Below, piece by piece: positions 32,903 to 47,900 of a stretch of DNA of 59,632 nucleotides. The position numbers were made by a program, and so were the translations under genes. Every line of letters begins with the position of its first letter. Positions within the stretch are counted from its first letter, which is position 1. The stretch comes from Aplysia californica (lineage: Eukaryota), in the NCBI RefSeq assembly GCF_000002075.1, contig NW_004797445.1, forward strand, positions 686,784-746,415, given 5' to 3'. Below the pieces are notes generated by a model. The model made no database searches. It had not been told where the DNA came from and was given only the letters and a program-made list of their open reading frames with translations.

Positions 32903-35900
32903 CTAGTAAAGGATGAAACATTTTTTTGTTTCAGTACGAGATTTACAGCACTTGCAATACAATTAGATCATAAAAGTTTTGAAGACAAAGTGTTACAAGA
33001 TAGTACCAAACACAAAAAAAAACAAAGAAGAGATATGGACAATGAGATATTTTTTAGTTTTAGTAAGGTTTTACGGCACTCGCAACTGCATAAGGTCATA
33101 TAAGAGCCAAGGGGTGGATGTCAACAGAGAAGTTCAAACAGGGAATCAGGCTTACTCTGCTCACCTCTCTTGCCTCAACAGCACAAAGTCTGCTTCGACT
33201 ATCAAGGCACCCCGGAAATAGCAATTCATAAGAGTGTGAAAAACAAACAGAAGTAAAAGAAAAATGATAATAGTAAGGATGAAGAAAGAAAAAGCAGCAG
33301 TTCCCCCCCTATGTTGTTCCGGCACAGTATGAGCATGACATTGATAATTCAGCCCATTTACAATTCTTATTCTACTGTGCATAAGAACATGTTACTATCC
33401 CCCTTTGAAAGGAAAGAAGGAGCAAACCACATCAGAACACCCACCAAAAACCCACATGTATAAACGAGAAAAGAAAAACGATTAAAAAGAAGGTACCAGC
33501 AAGTCAGAAATTTGACACCCACACATTACTTGAACAGATTGGGATAACAGTCCCACCAGGGGACTGTAGTGTAGCAATAAGGCTCTGCCCCTTGCAAACA
33601 AAATGTGGGTGCGATTCCACAGCAAGAATATTTTTATCGAGCATTTACAGTCTACTGGGACGAAGTAGCCAGTCTCCAAAATGACCAAAACTTGATTATA
33701 TAGGTCAGGATCATAAATTTTTTTTTAATCTTTTCATTGTTGCTGTTGTCTTATGAAATTTGGCCGTTATAACGCAGAGAGTGCATGGTAGGTACTCTGC
33801 TTCTTTTAGTTTTTTGTAAGTGGCTGTCTCAGCATTTTACCAGGGCCAAATTTCACTAGAAGTAAGTCTAAAGAACAATAACAATGAGAAGAAGTTTTAT
33901 TTTTTTTAAACAGACAACACTACAGCACCCAAAAATTTATTTCACCGCAAAGAGATTAGAATAACAGCAACACTGTCTCTAAGAGAGCATGTACCTGCAT
34001 GTGTGTGTGCATGTTTTTGAGTGTGTGTGAATGTGACCGTGTAATAATAATAATAATAATAGATAGCATTTGTATAGCGCATATCCCCGCTCAACAGCAG
34101 GCTCTATGCGCTTTACACTATATTATATGTGTGTGTGTGTATGAGGTGTGCTCTGAAGTGATATCAGAGTCTGCCAACTTACCCATGTTGTTCATCATTG
34201 GCCTGGGCCCTGAACCCATCACTGGCATGGCTCCCATCACAGGCTGGCCAGCAGTTGGGCTCTGTAGGGACATGTTGGACATGCCCTGGTTCAGACCACT
34301 CATGCCTGGTGACATCATGCCCATACCTTCAACACACAAAAATAAAGAAGAAATACACTGGTTTAAAAGTCGATACTTTTCTCAAGGTACATTTGATAAC
34401 AAAGTGAGAACTGTGAAAAGCAGCTTGTTGTTTTCGTATTATAGAATAAAGGACAGAGATTCTGTAATTACAAAATTGCAAACTTTAGTAAAGAGTGATG
34501 TATTATTAACTTCCACGCAAAGTAAAACATCTACTGAAGGACAAAATGAACGCTACATTATTCACAGTAGCAAGACAATATCAGATGCAGTTTTAAAAGC
34601 TTTTAAAAATTACATGCACTCCATAAGACAATGACTTGACAGATCATACATAACAAAGATAACTTAAGAATCTGAACAGTGAGGTTTGAAAAAATGCAAC
34701 ATTTCGATGAAACAAGAAAAAATGCAAAACTATATACAATGAACAATGAAAATGTGAGATTACGTTTGAACAGCTGAGAAAGAAAAAAAAAAGAGAATGA
34801 AGAACAATGATGCAAAATGGTAGAAAGAGAAAATAATTCTAACAAAGAAACACATGAGGTATTAACAATCATGCAAAAAATATATTTGTGACATTGTAAT
34901 TAGTACCTGATACATTTCTGTGCTTCTCAGTGCTATACTTCTCTCAATAATCTTCTTGCATCCCAACCATCCAATCTTTCTAGAAACTCTTTCAGACCTA
35001 AGTTTTATGTTATGAGCATCCATCTAGAAAGGCCACATTGCTGATACATCCAGGAAGCACTCGGAAGGAGTTTAGTCATGTTCAGTGACAATGGACTTCC
35101 AGCAAAAGAGAGGGGAACCATTTCCTTTAAATCATGAAACCTTTGCCTGGATCAACAAAAGAAACTTGGGATCCCAACGTTACCTAACAAAAAGGCTGGT
35201 ATCATAGACAATGATTCTGCACCACAAACAAAAAATGCAAAATACAAGACGTCTGCAGTTCCCAGGGCATTAACAAATCTTGACCACTACAATACACCTG
35301 CTCAGGACCTAACTGCAAAGAGCTTGCTGCTGAATTACATCACCAGAACTTTGATCATATCAAGCCAACTGCAGATTACAAGTTTCTCCTCTAATGTTGA
35401 GCAGAGAACTAGGCAGCGCCTGTAAACCTCTTTAAGTATCATTATTCCTTGGGGGGGGGGGGTGTAACATTGCTACCACAGCTACAACCCCAAAAAAAAA
35501 TTTAAATAGGCGAAACTAAACATTTTTTAAGTTTCCACACAGAACATGCAATACAAAAAAAATGAACTGCAATTTGAAAATTAGTCATGATAAAAGGCTT
35601 TTAAAAGCCAACAACAAAATTTCTCTTTCCCTTCAGATATTGACATTTACATGTAGGGGACACAGCTACACAGCCAGCATCCTAAATAGAACAACACAAA
35701 ATTCTCAGGCATATCCAAAACAATCCAGTCAACTGTAACCACTAGACTTGGACAAACTAATCCTTGTCTCACTATCAAGTGCTTCAAAAAGCCCATCCAC
35801 ATTGAAACCAGTCTACCTTACAAAGTACGAGGGGAAATATGCATCAAAACAGAAACAACATTTGACAATAAGAAGAATAGTAAGAAAAATAAAGAAATTA

Positions 35901-38900
35901 TTTGAGTATCATTCACTAGGTTGTGCACAATGGAAAGATAAAATATATTAATTTTTAAAAACCATGTACACAAAATAAAGACACAAGGATGTAAAAATAA
36001 AAACATAGTAGTTTGGAGGGAAACATTTCATGCCAAGCTCAGTACAGTATGCCAATGTGCACAGACATTGTAGCTGCACCCGAGTGAAAGCAGCTAAATT
36101 TCCTATTGGTGCGGGGAAAAAAAGCATGACTTTGAAGTAGCATGAAATGGAAGCTTGAAACCTTTCAAACACTTTGTGGAGTCTTTGAACCAAAAACTAA
36201 AAATAGATGCTCAACCAAGTTTCCTTTGAGATGATATGAAATTTGAGGTAGGTTGCTGTGACAGAAAAATACAGTTAATGACAACCTAACCAGAAGAATG
36301 GAAAATTGCACAACACAATCTACTTATTCATTCTTAGTGGCCTGCATGACAATTTTCATTATCACAATCGAGTTAACACTTCAGTATAGTCCACATGATC
36401 CTACAAATGCATTAGGTCACACAAAATCTGCTCTCATCTTATTTAGTTTTAGTTTAAGTAAGATTTTTATGGCACTTGCAACACAATAAGGTCGCATAAG
36501 TGCTGAAGATTGGCTGTTACAAGAGAATAACAAACACAAAAAGGAGGAGAGATAAGATTGATGGATGTTTGGATAGGAAAGAATGAGTAAATCAAACAAG
36601 AGCACCCATCAACCACCCACTGCTCTCATCCAAAAACCTGACCTAACACACATAAAGCAAATACAGAACAGGCAGCTTCCTCACGATGATTCATATCATC
36701 CCAAACAATAATAATATGGAGAATAAACTATCATGCTCAACTGCTCAAAGAAAATGAGAACTGGAAACGGAATGAGCAGCCTCCTACCTGTGTACATGTC
36801 TGGATACCACATTACTACACCTTGGTGTGTGTGGGAAATTAGAAACAGGAACAAGAATTAGTTCTAAGATAGAATGCAGATAGAGTGAAGACACACAACT
36901 ATCTAAAAGAAAATATAAGTATTAGAATCTTCTCACCAAGTAAAAAAGCTAATAAGTATCCTATAAATAATTGTATTATTTCATAAACTACAGGAATTGC
37001 AACAAGGACGAACAAGTGTCCTCATCACAGAATTATTCAGAAGGGTCTCAGCCACTCTCAAAGATGGAATTGCTGGTCGCAGCTTTGTTCTTGTTGAAAT
37101 TTAATGGCTTCCAAGACAAATACGATATCATTTCAAAGGTGGGGCCTAAACTGAACACCACAGTAACAGAAAACATTTTAGGAGAAAAGATGATTTAAAA
37201 AATCAAGACATTACTCATATATTTCAATCCCAAAATTTCATGTTTCTGTCAAATTCACAACCAAAAAATACCATGGATGGCTAAAGACAACACACATTTC
37301 ACACAGAACAGATACAAAGCAATAAACGTGTCTCACCTGTGCCCATGCCTGTGCCTTGGATCTGGTTGAGTGAGGGAGTCTGAGAGTTTTGCTTCTGGAA
37401 CTTGGAGCCCACCGGTGTCAGTCCTTCCAGACTAATGTTAACTTTAGCAGAGGAGTCAGTCCAAGTATTATTTTTCTGAAAACATAGTTATGACATCCAC
37501 AATGAGCTCTAAACAAAGAATGTTTGTGCATATATCTAAATGTCTATGTATATGGGTGACATTACCGACTACAAAAGCATATCTAGCTGTCAGTACAAGA
37601 TAAGAGCATCTGTGCTTAACTTTTAGAATCCAAAAACCATCAAAGGATTTTTTTAACAAAAGCTCTTTAATATACGAATCATTACAAATGCATTAATAGT
37701 AATACCAAATTCTAATTTGTGTAAATTCTAAAAAGTCAAAGTGCCAGGGAATTGTCAACCTTTTTGCTCCTCGGAAACTTGATAGCATGTTAAAAGCCCA
37801 GCACAAAATGATTCTTCATCTGCACTTAATTGTTATTGGAAAGTCAAAGACCAAAACTAATCGACAATGCTAACTTAATATGTAATCAAGGTATCACAGT
37901 AACTCCCTCACAAATTCAATATTAGCATACGGACATTACAGCTATTTCATATTCACCGAGTGGGTGATTGCAACAGCGTGAAATGGGCGCCTTCTGGGTT
38001 TATCCTACCAGACTAAAATACCTGGTTTTCTAAAGAGATTACTGATGTACCATTTATATAACATTTTTGGGAGTGTCTATATTTCTTTCACAATAAACAA
38101 AAAAGTATTTTTACTTTCACTTTTAAGAACATAGACCAATAAAAAAGCAAAAACATAGCATGGTCATGGTTAAGTAAAAATGACATACCATAAAAAAGCA
38201 AATTTTATTATGAACGTGCAATTGTAAAGTAGGATTATTTCAAAAGTCGGAAAAATAACCCAAGAAGCTCTTTAAATGAACATCCAACGCTGTATATTGA
38301 ATGCAAATTAAACAGTCCCAAATGCAATAAAACAGTTGAGAAGGCCACAGCAAGGATATGGAGGAAGTTTAACAAGACAGGCTACTAACAGTAACAGTAG
38401 AGATTGTGATCATCGATGAACAGAAAGGTGCATATATAGAACAAAGTGGTTACACGATACTATGCAAGTCCAAGCATTTTGCATATTGAAAACCTTCCCT
38501 TCACTTGCCATTTACTAAAGATATAGCTGTTTAACATTTTGCCATCACAAGGCCCAAAAAGTAAAAACTCTTGCCATCAAAGGCAAAGGCATTTTGGGGA
38601 AAATCCAAAGAAACTGATCAGCAAGATGTGACGGCAAAGTGTTCCCAAGAAAAACCTAAGAATAGAGACAAATTAAGGCAAAGGATACTTTTTAATCACT
38701 GTTATAGAAATTATTTCATTTCAGAAAGACCACTCACTGGCTGCTTGGTTAAAGAAATAAAAGTTTAACGCAATGACCACTTGAAGAAAACAGAAGTTTA
38801 TGTCACCAACTGCTAATTTTGTTTGCACATCGACCCAACAACAATCATTTGGTGTAAGACAGACAGATAGAAACAACAGAGGGAAAGTAAAGAAGTAGGA

Positions 38901-41900
38901 CCTGCCAGTGGCGCCCTCCAACTACCTGCCCTGACAGTTTGTTTGTTTGAGTAAAGAGAAGCACATCGACACAATAACGGTCATTCAGTGCTGGGGAAAA
39001 GTAAGACACGACAGACAGAAACAACAGAAGGAAGGGAAAGAAGTAGGACCTACCAGTGGCACTCCCCAACTACCCGCCAGCCCTGACAGCTTAGTTGAAG
39101 AAAATATAAAGTTTACAGACAGAGTCAGCACAGTAATAATTCCATTCTGTCAGGTCCAGATTATGACAAGAAAAACACAGAAAAAGAATTATGCATGGAA
39201 GAAAACACATGAGAGCACTCTCCACCCACCCCCACTGACAAAAGTTCATGTAACAGCTACAAAAACCACAACAGAGACATGAGCCAAGACATTGGACAGA
39301 CCAAAGACACCCTTCAGCCAACACATGCATGGACCGATATGCACATGCGTAAAAAACACAAATCTTGTCAATTATACTTCGGCAGTTAAACTAACCTGGA
39401 CATCAGAATAAATATTTAATTAATTTGTTTTTATCATAAGAGTTTTACGGCACTTGCAACACAAAAAAGGTCATATAAGTGCCGCAGATTAGACGTGTTA
39501 CAAGAGAGTAACAAACACAAAAAAGAAGGAAAGGAGACAAAGACGATAGTTGTTTGATTGGAAAGAAGGAGTAAACCACACCAGAGCACCCACCAACCAC
39601 CCATGAATAAGTGTTTGAGGAAAACTGAGACACCCATGACAAAGAGCTAACACTAACAGCCTGTATATGCTGCAGGTTGTCAAAACAAAACACCACATTA
39701 ACTGTCAATTAAGTCAAAACTCCAGACATGCAATGGAGTCTATGGAGTCTTAAAAGATGAACCAACCTTGTAACTATTTGGTATTCAGAAGAATTCTTTT
39801 GTCCCTAACAAATTTGTAGACCCTATCTCAGTCTTCTTGATTTTCTAGAACATTCATTTTCTTCCTTTTTTAAATCTAATATCAGAATAAATCTAGTGCA
39901 CTGAGCAGGCATTGTCATTATTAACATATGCCATCTTAGGGTGAGTTTCTGATATCAGGGTGTGCTTGTTGTATTGAGAGGTAATTAATTATTCTAAACT
40001 AACAGAATTTACTTCCAGGCAAGAACCTTTTAGTTTTAATCAGGAGTTTCATGGCACTTGCAACACAATAAGGTCATATAAGTGCAGGAGATTAGAGGTG
40101 TTACAAGAGAATAACAATCACAAAAAAGAAGGAGAGATCAGCACAATAGATAGCAGATTTTTTATAGGAAAGAAGGGGCAAACCATACCAGAGCACCCAC
40201 CAACCACCCAGAGGCAAAGTCCTAATCTATAACTACATTACTACAATTATGTCAACACAAACAAGAAATTATCATTGCAAGGCCAGATTAGTCCATTTGA
40301 ACAAGGCATTGGCTTTTGTAAATCACAACAAAATACCAGTGCCTGAGGGTAATAAACCATTATATCAGTAAATCTTCCCTCAATCATGCGGGTAAAGACA
40401 AACAAAGTAAGAAAAAGCCTGATCAACACATTATTCATGACCCAAAGAGAAATGACGGTACACAAATATATTTGCAGGCTATGGAGAATATGCAACGGGT
40501 ATTAGGAGGGGTAAAAAGAGGGAAAGGCAGGCACTTAAATATCCAGCCAAGCAATGAAGCAAAGAAAATGGAAGGTATAAAATAAAAAGTAAAAATAGAA
40601 AAGGAACAGGGGGTCGGGGGGCAGGCAGTCCATTCCAGCTAGGGCACTATGAAAGGGGGAGGGACTTTGCTGCAGAAGGTAACAGACCTTGCTACTCTCT
40701 CCGGTAGACGACACGCTTTGGATGCTGCTCTGACCCTGGGTCACAGAGGCTTCAGTTTTCACCTAGTCAATATAACCAGGTGGTCAACAAAAACATAAGG
40801 AGAAAACAGAAAGACCTGACATACCTTTCACCTACTCAATATGAGCGTGCAGAGAATAAAACGCAACACAAAGAAAGAAAACACAAGTAAAGAAAATATG
40901 ACAGACCAAATAAAAAGTTGAACCATCATGGTTACAACTGGCAGTATCTCCGGTCTCAGAACCAGCAGAAGATAGAACGGGGAGACTTGTGCTATCTTAT
41001 ATAACTTTTATTCTAGCTGAAGCCATAGGCAACAAATATTATTAATCCTCACATCTTATCATACTAAGCCAGTCCAAAAATGCTTTACTTTATAGTGCAT
41101 TGTTAGCACAGCATATGAAAAACAAAAATCACCGCGAGAGAGGAGAGGTGGAGAGAAAGAGAGAGAAACAAAGAGAGAGGGGGGGGGGGGGGGAGACAGA
41201 GAGGGAGACAGAGAGAGAGAAAGAAAGATGTAAGACGCCACTCCTATGCTAGAGAAAATTTGCCCTTACAAAATATATTTCCCCTTGCCCATTAAGTCTT
41301 CACTTTTTATGAAATTGCAAATGGCAAAAGACAAATCACAACAGGTTGATCTGCAACAAAAGAAACAAGTCACAGCACAATTTTCTTTAAAAATTTTTAA
41401 ATTCTGAAAAAAAAGGGAGAAAAGGACAAAAGACTAAATTCCATGCACCAGACAAAGTCAACCAAAATATTATAAAAGGGAAAAGGGGTCAGCTGTCTAA
41501 ACAGGGCACTATAAAGGGTATGTCTGTCTATTCATTTCCATTCATAGACAAGAAGGTACTCAAGCATTTCTACACACCGCCTGAGGAAAATCACACACAA
41601 TAACAAAAGGCCTGCACAAGTCATAAATAAGTACATGTCAGGCAGGAAGGGAACAAAACATGAGGCATAACAGAAAGAGAATAAAGTAGTAACAGAAGAA
41701 ACTGGCAAACACAGTCCTAGACAAATACGCACGCCATAAGTAAAAAGGGGCGAGAGAAAAAACCAAAAAGATCATTTTGTCAAGCTGCGGGCATTCATTA
41801 CCTGCATGCTGGGACTGAGGCCCACGCCCATACCCATCATAGCCGGGTTCATCATGGTATTCTGCTGCTGGGTGGGCATCATCATAGGCTGGGGAGCACA

Positions 41901-44900
41901 CAGGGCGGTCTCACACAGTCAGCACTGACACAACTACAATATCACCTCACGCACACACAGTCACAATAGACCTCGGCTGACAACGTCACACACCACCAGA
42001 CAAACACGCAAAACAATATTCAAAACTTGAAGACAACAATCAAGACAGATTCTACTCAGATCTCTTCCAATTCATCTCAGTACCCTGAAACCTCAATGTC
42101 TTAGAAAAATGGAAATGATTCATCTTCTATCAATATTTGTTTTCCAGAGTAGCATACCTGGCATTAACTAAAAAAAAATGTTGAGAAATGAATTTGGCTG
42201 CTGAAATCAGAGAGGGGAGGGGGAGTCCTAGTTACAGATTTTACTCTATAACACATATTTTAAGGGATTTCAAAAGCTTATTTAATTTTTACTAAGATGA
42301 GAAAGTCTGTTTTTTGCCAGATTATTGGGCTATGAGATTTCCTTCAACTTTTTAACAGTTACTTCAACAAGAATAACTAATAAGATGAGAACTGTGTAGA
42401 AACTGAAGCTGAAAGAGATAACTTTTTCAGACTATGTAGACATTTGCACTGTGCAATAAAAAAGGTTGTCACTAATATTGATACAATAATGAAAAAGTGA
42501 AGAAAAGTGATGAACACAGTGTTCTGCAAACATGAAAAAACGCCACAAGACAGAAATCAAAGCATCGATAAAGAGGAAAACACATCTGAAGAATCATCTA
42601 TTATCACAAAGCAAAAGTCCATGTCAAATTAACATCTCAAACTAAGCAACATCACTCCCAATGAAAAATTAAGAGTAAAAAAAATACAGATAACTGAGCA
42701 AATGAGCGGTACCTAATACACTGTCACACTTATCTTTTAACTGAAAAACATACGAAGACTCGCAACTCTTTTATTTTATTTCAAGTAAATGCTAATGGTT
42801 TTCTTCAAATCTAAAGGAAATCCCGGTTCAATAGAAAAGGTTAAACATTTGTTGGCTTTTCTGTTGTCAAATAAGACCTTCAATCTACACACACCTTGAA
42901 AGGTGTGAAGTACTCAGAAACATTAGTTGCAACTCTATATACAGGACCTTTTATATTGCAGAAATTCATACATCCTCTTACCCTCCCCCCCTCTCCCAAA
43001 AAATGGCAAAGCAAAATCCCATATGATCTTTTGGTATGAAACCCTTCAGCACTGAACAACCTGCATTTACAAATTGTGAAATTTGTTAAAGACTCAATTG
43101 CTAATTCCCGACTCATTAATGACCTGCAGACAGATGGGTTAACAATAGTTATCCTCATCATTTACAGATATATCTCTGTGATAATCGCTTCAAACTTTCT
43201 AGCTGACTTGTCCACTTTAAAGTGTAACATAATTTGTCACAAACTTACAAATGAAAGGGTCTGAAAAGTCTACTCTGCAAAACCAAATGAAATCTACTTT
43301 CTCCACATAAGAAAAACAAACAGGGTGAAGCAGGAAACGGGAAGGCATGTTTCTCTAAGATACAAAACAAAGAATCTCATGACTCACTTGTTGCATCATG
43401 CCTGACATTGGAACCATCCCTGGCATCTGAAACAAAAAATGACAAACAGTGCAGAGATTGTCACTTCAAACAAATAGAGACATGAAAAGCAGAAAAGGGA
43501 ATGGCAAAGGTAGCAATCACAGATTCTAAACTGTAAAGTTATTGCAAAAGAGGAAATCATTTCAGAAGCTTGTCTTTGTAAAAAACAAGTACATTTTACA
43601 GCTTCACTGACTAAACAGAGGGAAGGTTTTAAACTGCTTACACTATCTTCAAACATGATGTGTCAAAAGAGGTGAAACAAGAAGGAGAAAAGACATGCTG
43701 CAGAAGGTTTCAGATTCACAGCAAGTAAATTTTCATATAGCCTTGACCTTCCCAAAACCACCTGTGACCTTTGTTACGACCAAGCCTGTAGTTTGTGTAA
43801 CCTAAACATTCCATTTTACTAGGAGAGGCAGAATGGTGTTCACATCTTCGCAGGAAAGAAAGTGTTGAGAATCTGTCTGTTCATCTGATATCTCAAAATT
43901 GCTTTGAAGCCCCCCCAACCCAAAGCATCAGCATAACTTCTAACATGCTTGTAAAAACCAGTGTCCACATCTACCTTCGTTAATGACGTGTCAGCTCCAA
44001 ATACTGTACCTACCATTGTTCCTTGCATGCCCATGCTGCCTTGTGGCATTCCCATTCCCATGTTGGAGTTCATGCCCGTCATGTTAGAGCCGCTCATCAT
44101 GCCCATACTTCCAGAGGCGGGCGTTGACCCCATCATGGGGTTCATGTTGTTTCCCATCATGGGATTGCTGCCCTGCATCAGGTTGGTGGGCTGCTGCATG
44201 GTATTCCCAGCAGGCTGCATGGGCGTGAGTGTTGGGGTGTTTGGGGAAGCGAATACCTCAAACAGATCATTGGCCGCCGATGAAGACGCAGATGTGGAGG
44301 GCGCAAGGGGGGCTGCCGGCACGGGCAGGGCTGATGATGGCGATGTTGTAGAGGCTGAGCTGAACTGACTGAAGTCTGCAAATCCACTGGACGGACTGGT
44401 AGCAAAGGGGATAACAAAGAGGTAAATGTTGGGTTTACTATCAAAACCTTAGACATGACCAAAAATATCTTCATCTACAATAATTAGGAAAACATGGTCA
44501 CATTTTGAAGAAAAGATTAATTTCAAATAAAGTTGAAGACTTCAACTTGACACAATTACTGTTATTTAGCATTTAGACCAATTGCAACAGACAAAAACAA
44601 CACAATTATGATAATAATAGTTATTATAATAATTGTATTTATATTTGCACCTATCCATGCTCTACAGCATGCTCTATGCCCTTTCAAACTATTAGATAAG
44701 GTAGAAGAAGGAGCAACCATTAACACCCTCCAGTCATCTGCTATGAAAGTATAATGCAGTACATAGGCACAAAGCTCTTCCACATTTCTTCACTCCAGCA
44801 AATGTACACAAATCACAATTTCAAAATATGACAACATAACAACCACTTTATTTTCAAACCTGTCAACTGACAATAAGGAGAATGGATATTTGTTTTGAAA

Positions 44901-47900
44901 AGCGAAAAAAGGTCTCAGAGGCCTTTATAGCCTGAAATGTGCTAGCTCTGCACTACCTTGAGGTATCTGCTGCTGCTGCGGTTCCAAACTGAGCAAAATC
45001 ACCAAAGTCGCCACCTGAAACACAACAAATGACTACATTAAGAAAAATACGACATATTTATTTCATTTTATCCTAACTGATTGATCGGACACACTGGACT
45101 ATTTTCCCGCTCAAAATAGACAAGGAATAACACAAATGATGCTAACACAGCACTAAGAAAGCGCAAGACCATAATATACAGTGAAAGAGGGGGGAAAAAA
45201 TTAAGTATTCCAAAACCAACTAAAATGTCATTAGAGTTATTACGCCATAAGAATAGGCCATAAAGTTCCCATTCACATTTCGTATATTCTACATACATTG
45301 ACTAAATGGAAAAAATGTATAAAAGACTAACATTACAGTCAGTACTTTTATACTGTACTAAAAGGACAACATGGTCTGCCATTTCCTAAAATTTCTTTCC
45401 CCAATCAAACTTTTATTATCAGCAAATACTCTTTTCTTTCAATCATGCTGCATATATTATTGAGTAAGCTTAGGACATAATTCTTGGTTCCTCTTCTGAA
45501 TCATTAATATTATGTTTCTCTTTTTCCAAGCCATTCAGCAGCATTTAAAGTGAATAAAACACAATGTCTGCTTTGGAAAACATTCTAAGGATTCGTTACA
45601 CTTTTCACTAGCATACTGCATGATCTCAAAAACAATTAGGTTCTTGCCCACAATTGCAGCAGAACTGAAAATTCTTTAGTACCACACCCCTCAAATTTTC
45701 ATTTACATGTCTCAAAATTTATCAGAAACTAAGTAAAGAACAGAATATAATGCATTTCACGAACACCTATCAAAATTTTTAATTCTAGGAAGCCGTGTTA
45801 AAATTGATTGGAAAATGTATATCTCCATTCTGTTATCATTTTCCTTCCTGTGTAAGTAACACACACTGAGAAAGAATTAAGTCTAAGACAGGCCACAAGG
45901 TAAAAGTTTTTTTTACTAACCTGAAGAATTTCCACGAGGATTGAAATCATCCCCTCCAGAAGCCGACTGGAAATTAGAAAAGTCAGCGAAGGATTCCTGT
46001 CCCCCAGACGGTTCCCCCAAGTCAAACAAGTTTGGTGCGTTGTCAGCCTGAGTGGATGACGTCTGACTCTGGAAATATTCATGGCATTGCAAGACTGCAG
46101 AAGATTGTGCTGAATCTTTGTATGTTGATGTTCTGGTAGGTCCACCAAAAATTTCCCTTAAGGCTTTGTAAAGTTTATCTTATCTTAACTTATTTAAAAA
46201 TCAGTAACAAAAAATCTCTACCATCTGAGAAAATTTACTACCAGATCAAAACCAACAAGCACTCTTCGTACCTCGCTTCTTTTGGTCTCCAACTACCTTT
46301 CTCTAATACATATGATATTTGTTGAATGTTTCTTTTGACCCATAAGTATATATACCATCCTATGAGACTTTGAACAGCAATAAGAAAATAATTTGTGAAG
46401 AACTACACAATGAGTGTGAGTATAGGGAATAAAGAAGCACATTGACCTGATGATGGGCACTTAGTGCTAAAAACAAGCAAGACAAACAGAAACAACAGAG
46501 GGAGACGGAAATAGTAAGACCTACCAGTGGTACCCTCTATCCAGATGACACAATAAACCACTGATCACACAAAACCACCTCTTGAAATGTGCAAGCTAGA
46601 GGGTGCACATATCATTATGGAAGGTAAGGAGCATGACAGGACAAGGGATTCACATTAACCAAAAATAAATAAGTTGCACATAAATATTATCAAAATGTTA
46701 AAAATCTACTAACCTGAGTGTCACCTTCTTTGCCAAAGTTGGAGGAGGCGCCCAGGTCTAGTTTTTTGCCCACAGAGCGAGATCTCCTGTTTGTAGTAAT
46801 TTTTTCAGTTTTGGTGGTATGTGTTCTTTCAACAGATGTGTACTCTTCATCATCATCTTTGAAATCATACCTACGAAGGGAGATAGACAGCCACATAAAT
46901 ATTTTACCCCTTTATGTCTTGAAAGATGAAAAAAAAATGAAAGAACCCAGGAAAAACACAAAACGGTCGCATTCATACACTGACCATGTAAAAAAGAAGA
47001 GTGTCATCACTTTTAAAAAAAAAAAACAGAGAGATCAGCCACTAAAGTAGACTTTCCCAGACTGACGTTACTACTAGAAACACAAGCCTTTAAAAACTAC
47101 AATAAATGGATTATAAATATGTCTAATATCTAATTAAATGTTTAGCCTACTTCGTCCTTCTCATCAGGCAACAAACATCATTTACTTATCATTTCATATG
47201 CAAACGCAACAACTATGATTGCCATAAAGCAAAGGCTAGCTCTGTGGATACACATCAGAACTTCTTCTTTTAAAGAAACTAAGTAGCTACAACTCAAATA
47301 AGCAACAAAACCAAAAACTTAATAGGCACACAAAACTAACAAATACTTTACCTGTCTCTGTCTCTGCGTTCTCTGTTCTCTCGTTCTTTTTCTTTCCTTT
47401 CATAATCATCATCATATCTATCTCCGTCACTGTGGAATTAAACAATACAGCCCATTTCAAACATTTTTTGAAAAATATTTAAGCATAAAAGCATATTTAA
47501 CTCAAACAGCATTTAATGAAGTCTCAGCAAGCACATCAAGAAGATAAGCAGTTTGCCCAGAGTTTGTCTGATTGTGAACCAGTACGCCTGACAGGTTTGG
47601 CAGGTTTCAGGGAAATAACCAGAGAACACAGTCCACGAGGACGTTAGGCTACGTTACGGAAAAAAATTCAACTATGGCATGAATTTTTTCACTAAAATCA
47701 ATTTCACAAGCATATATAAAACTTCCATAACTATGATATGAATGGAAACCTATTTTAGTTCAAGATACATCATTTTGATGCTTCCTGGCTCTTAAAACAT
47801 GATAGTTTTATTAAATAACTTCTTAAGTTTCAAATTCTTTTTTTTAAATCTCCAGTTCAAGCCTATCAAGCCAAAAATGTACACAAAATAAATATTTTAT

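Noticed and set aside
43961-44368. 135-aa plus-strand ORF (also 33999-34634 and 1936-2196)
   Set aside because: Antisense shadows of low-complexity CLINT1 or DRC7 exons.
45798-46148. 116-aa minus ORF and upstream acceptor ctgcag near 46095 as CLINT1 exon 8
   Set aside because: Wrong frame; the acceptor giving an exon start at 46068 yields the FADF/DFNPR motifs and correct phases.
46448-46475. Hammerhead-like CTGATGA + gcac-tta-gtgc hairpin (and CTGATGAG...GAAG on minus at ~47145-47168)
   Set aside because: The catalytic GAAA is missing and I could not close stems I and III.
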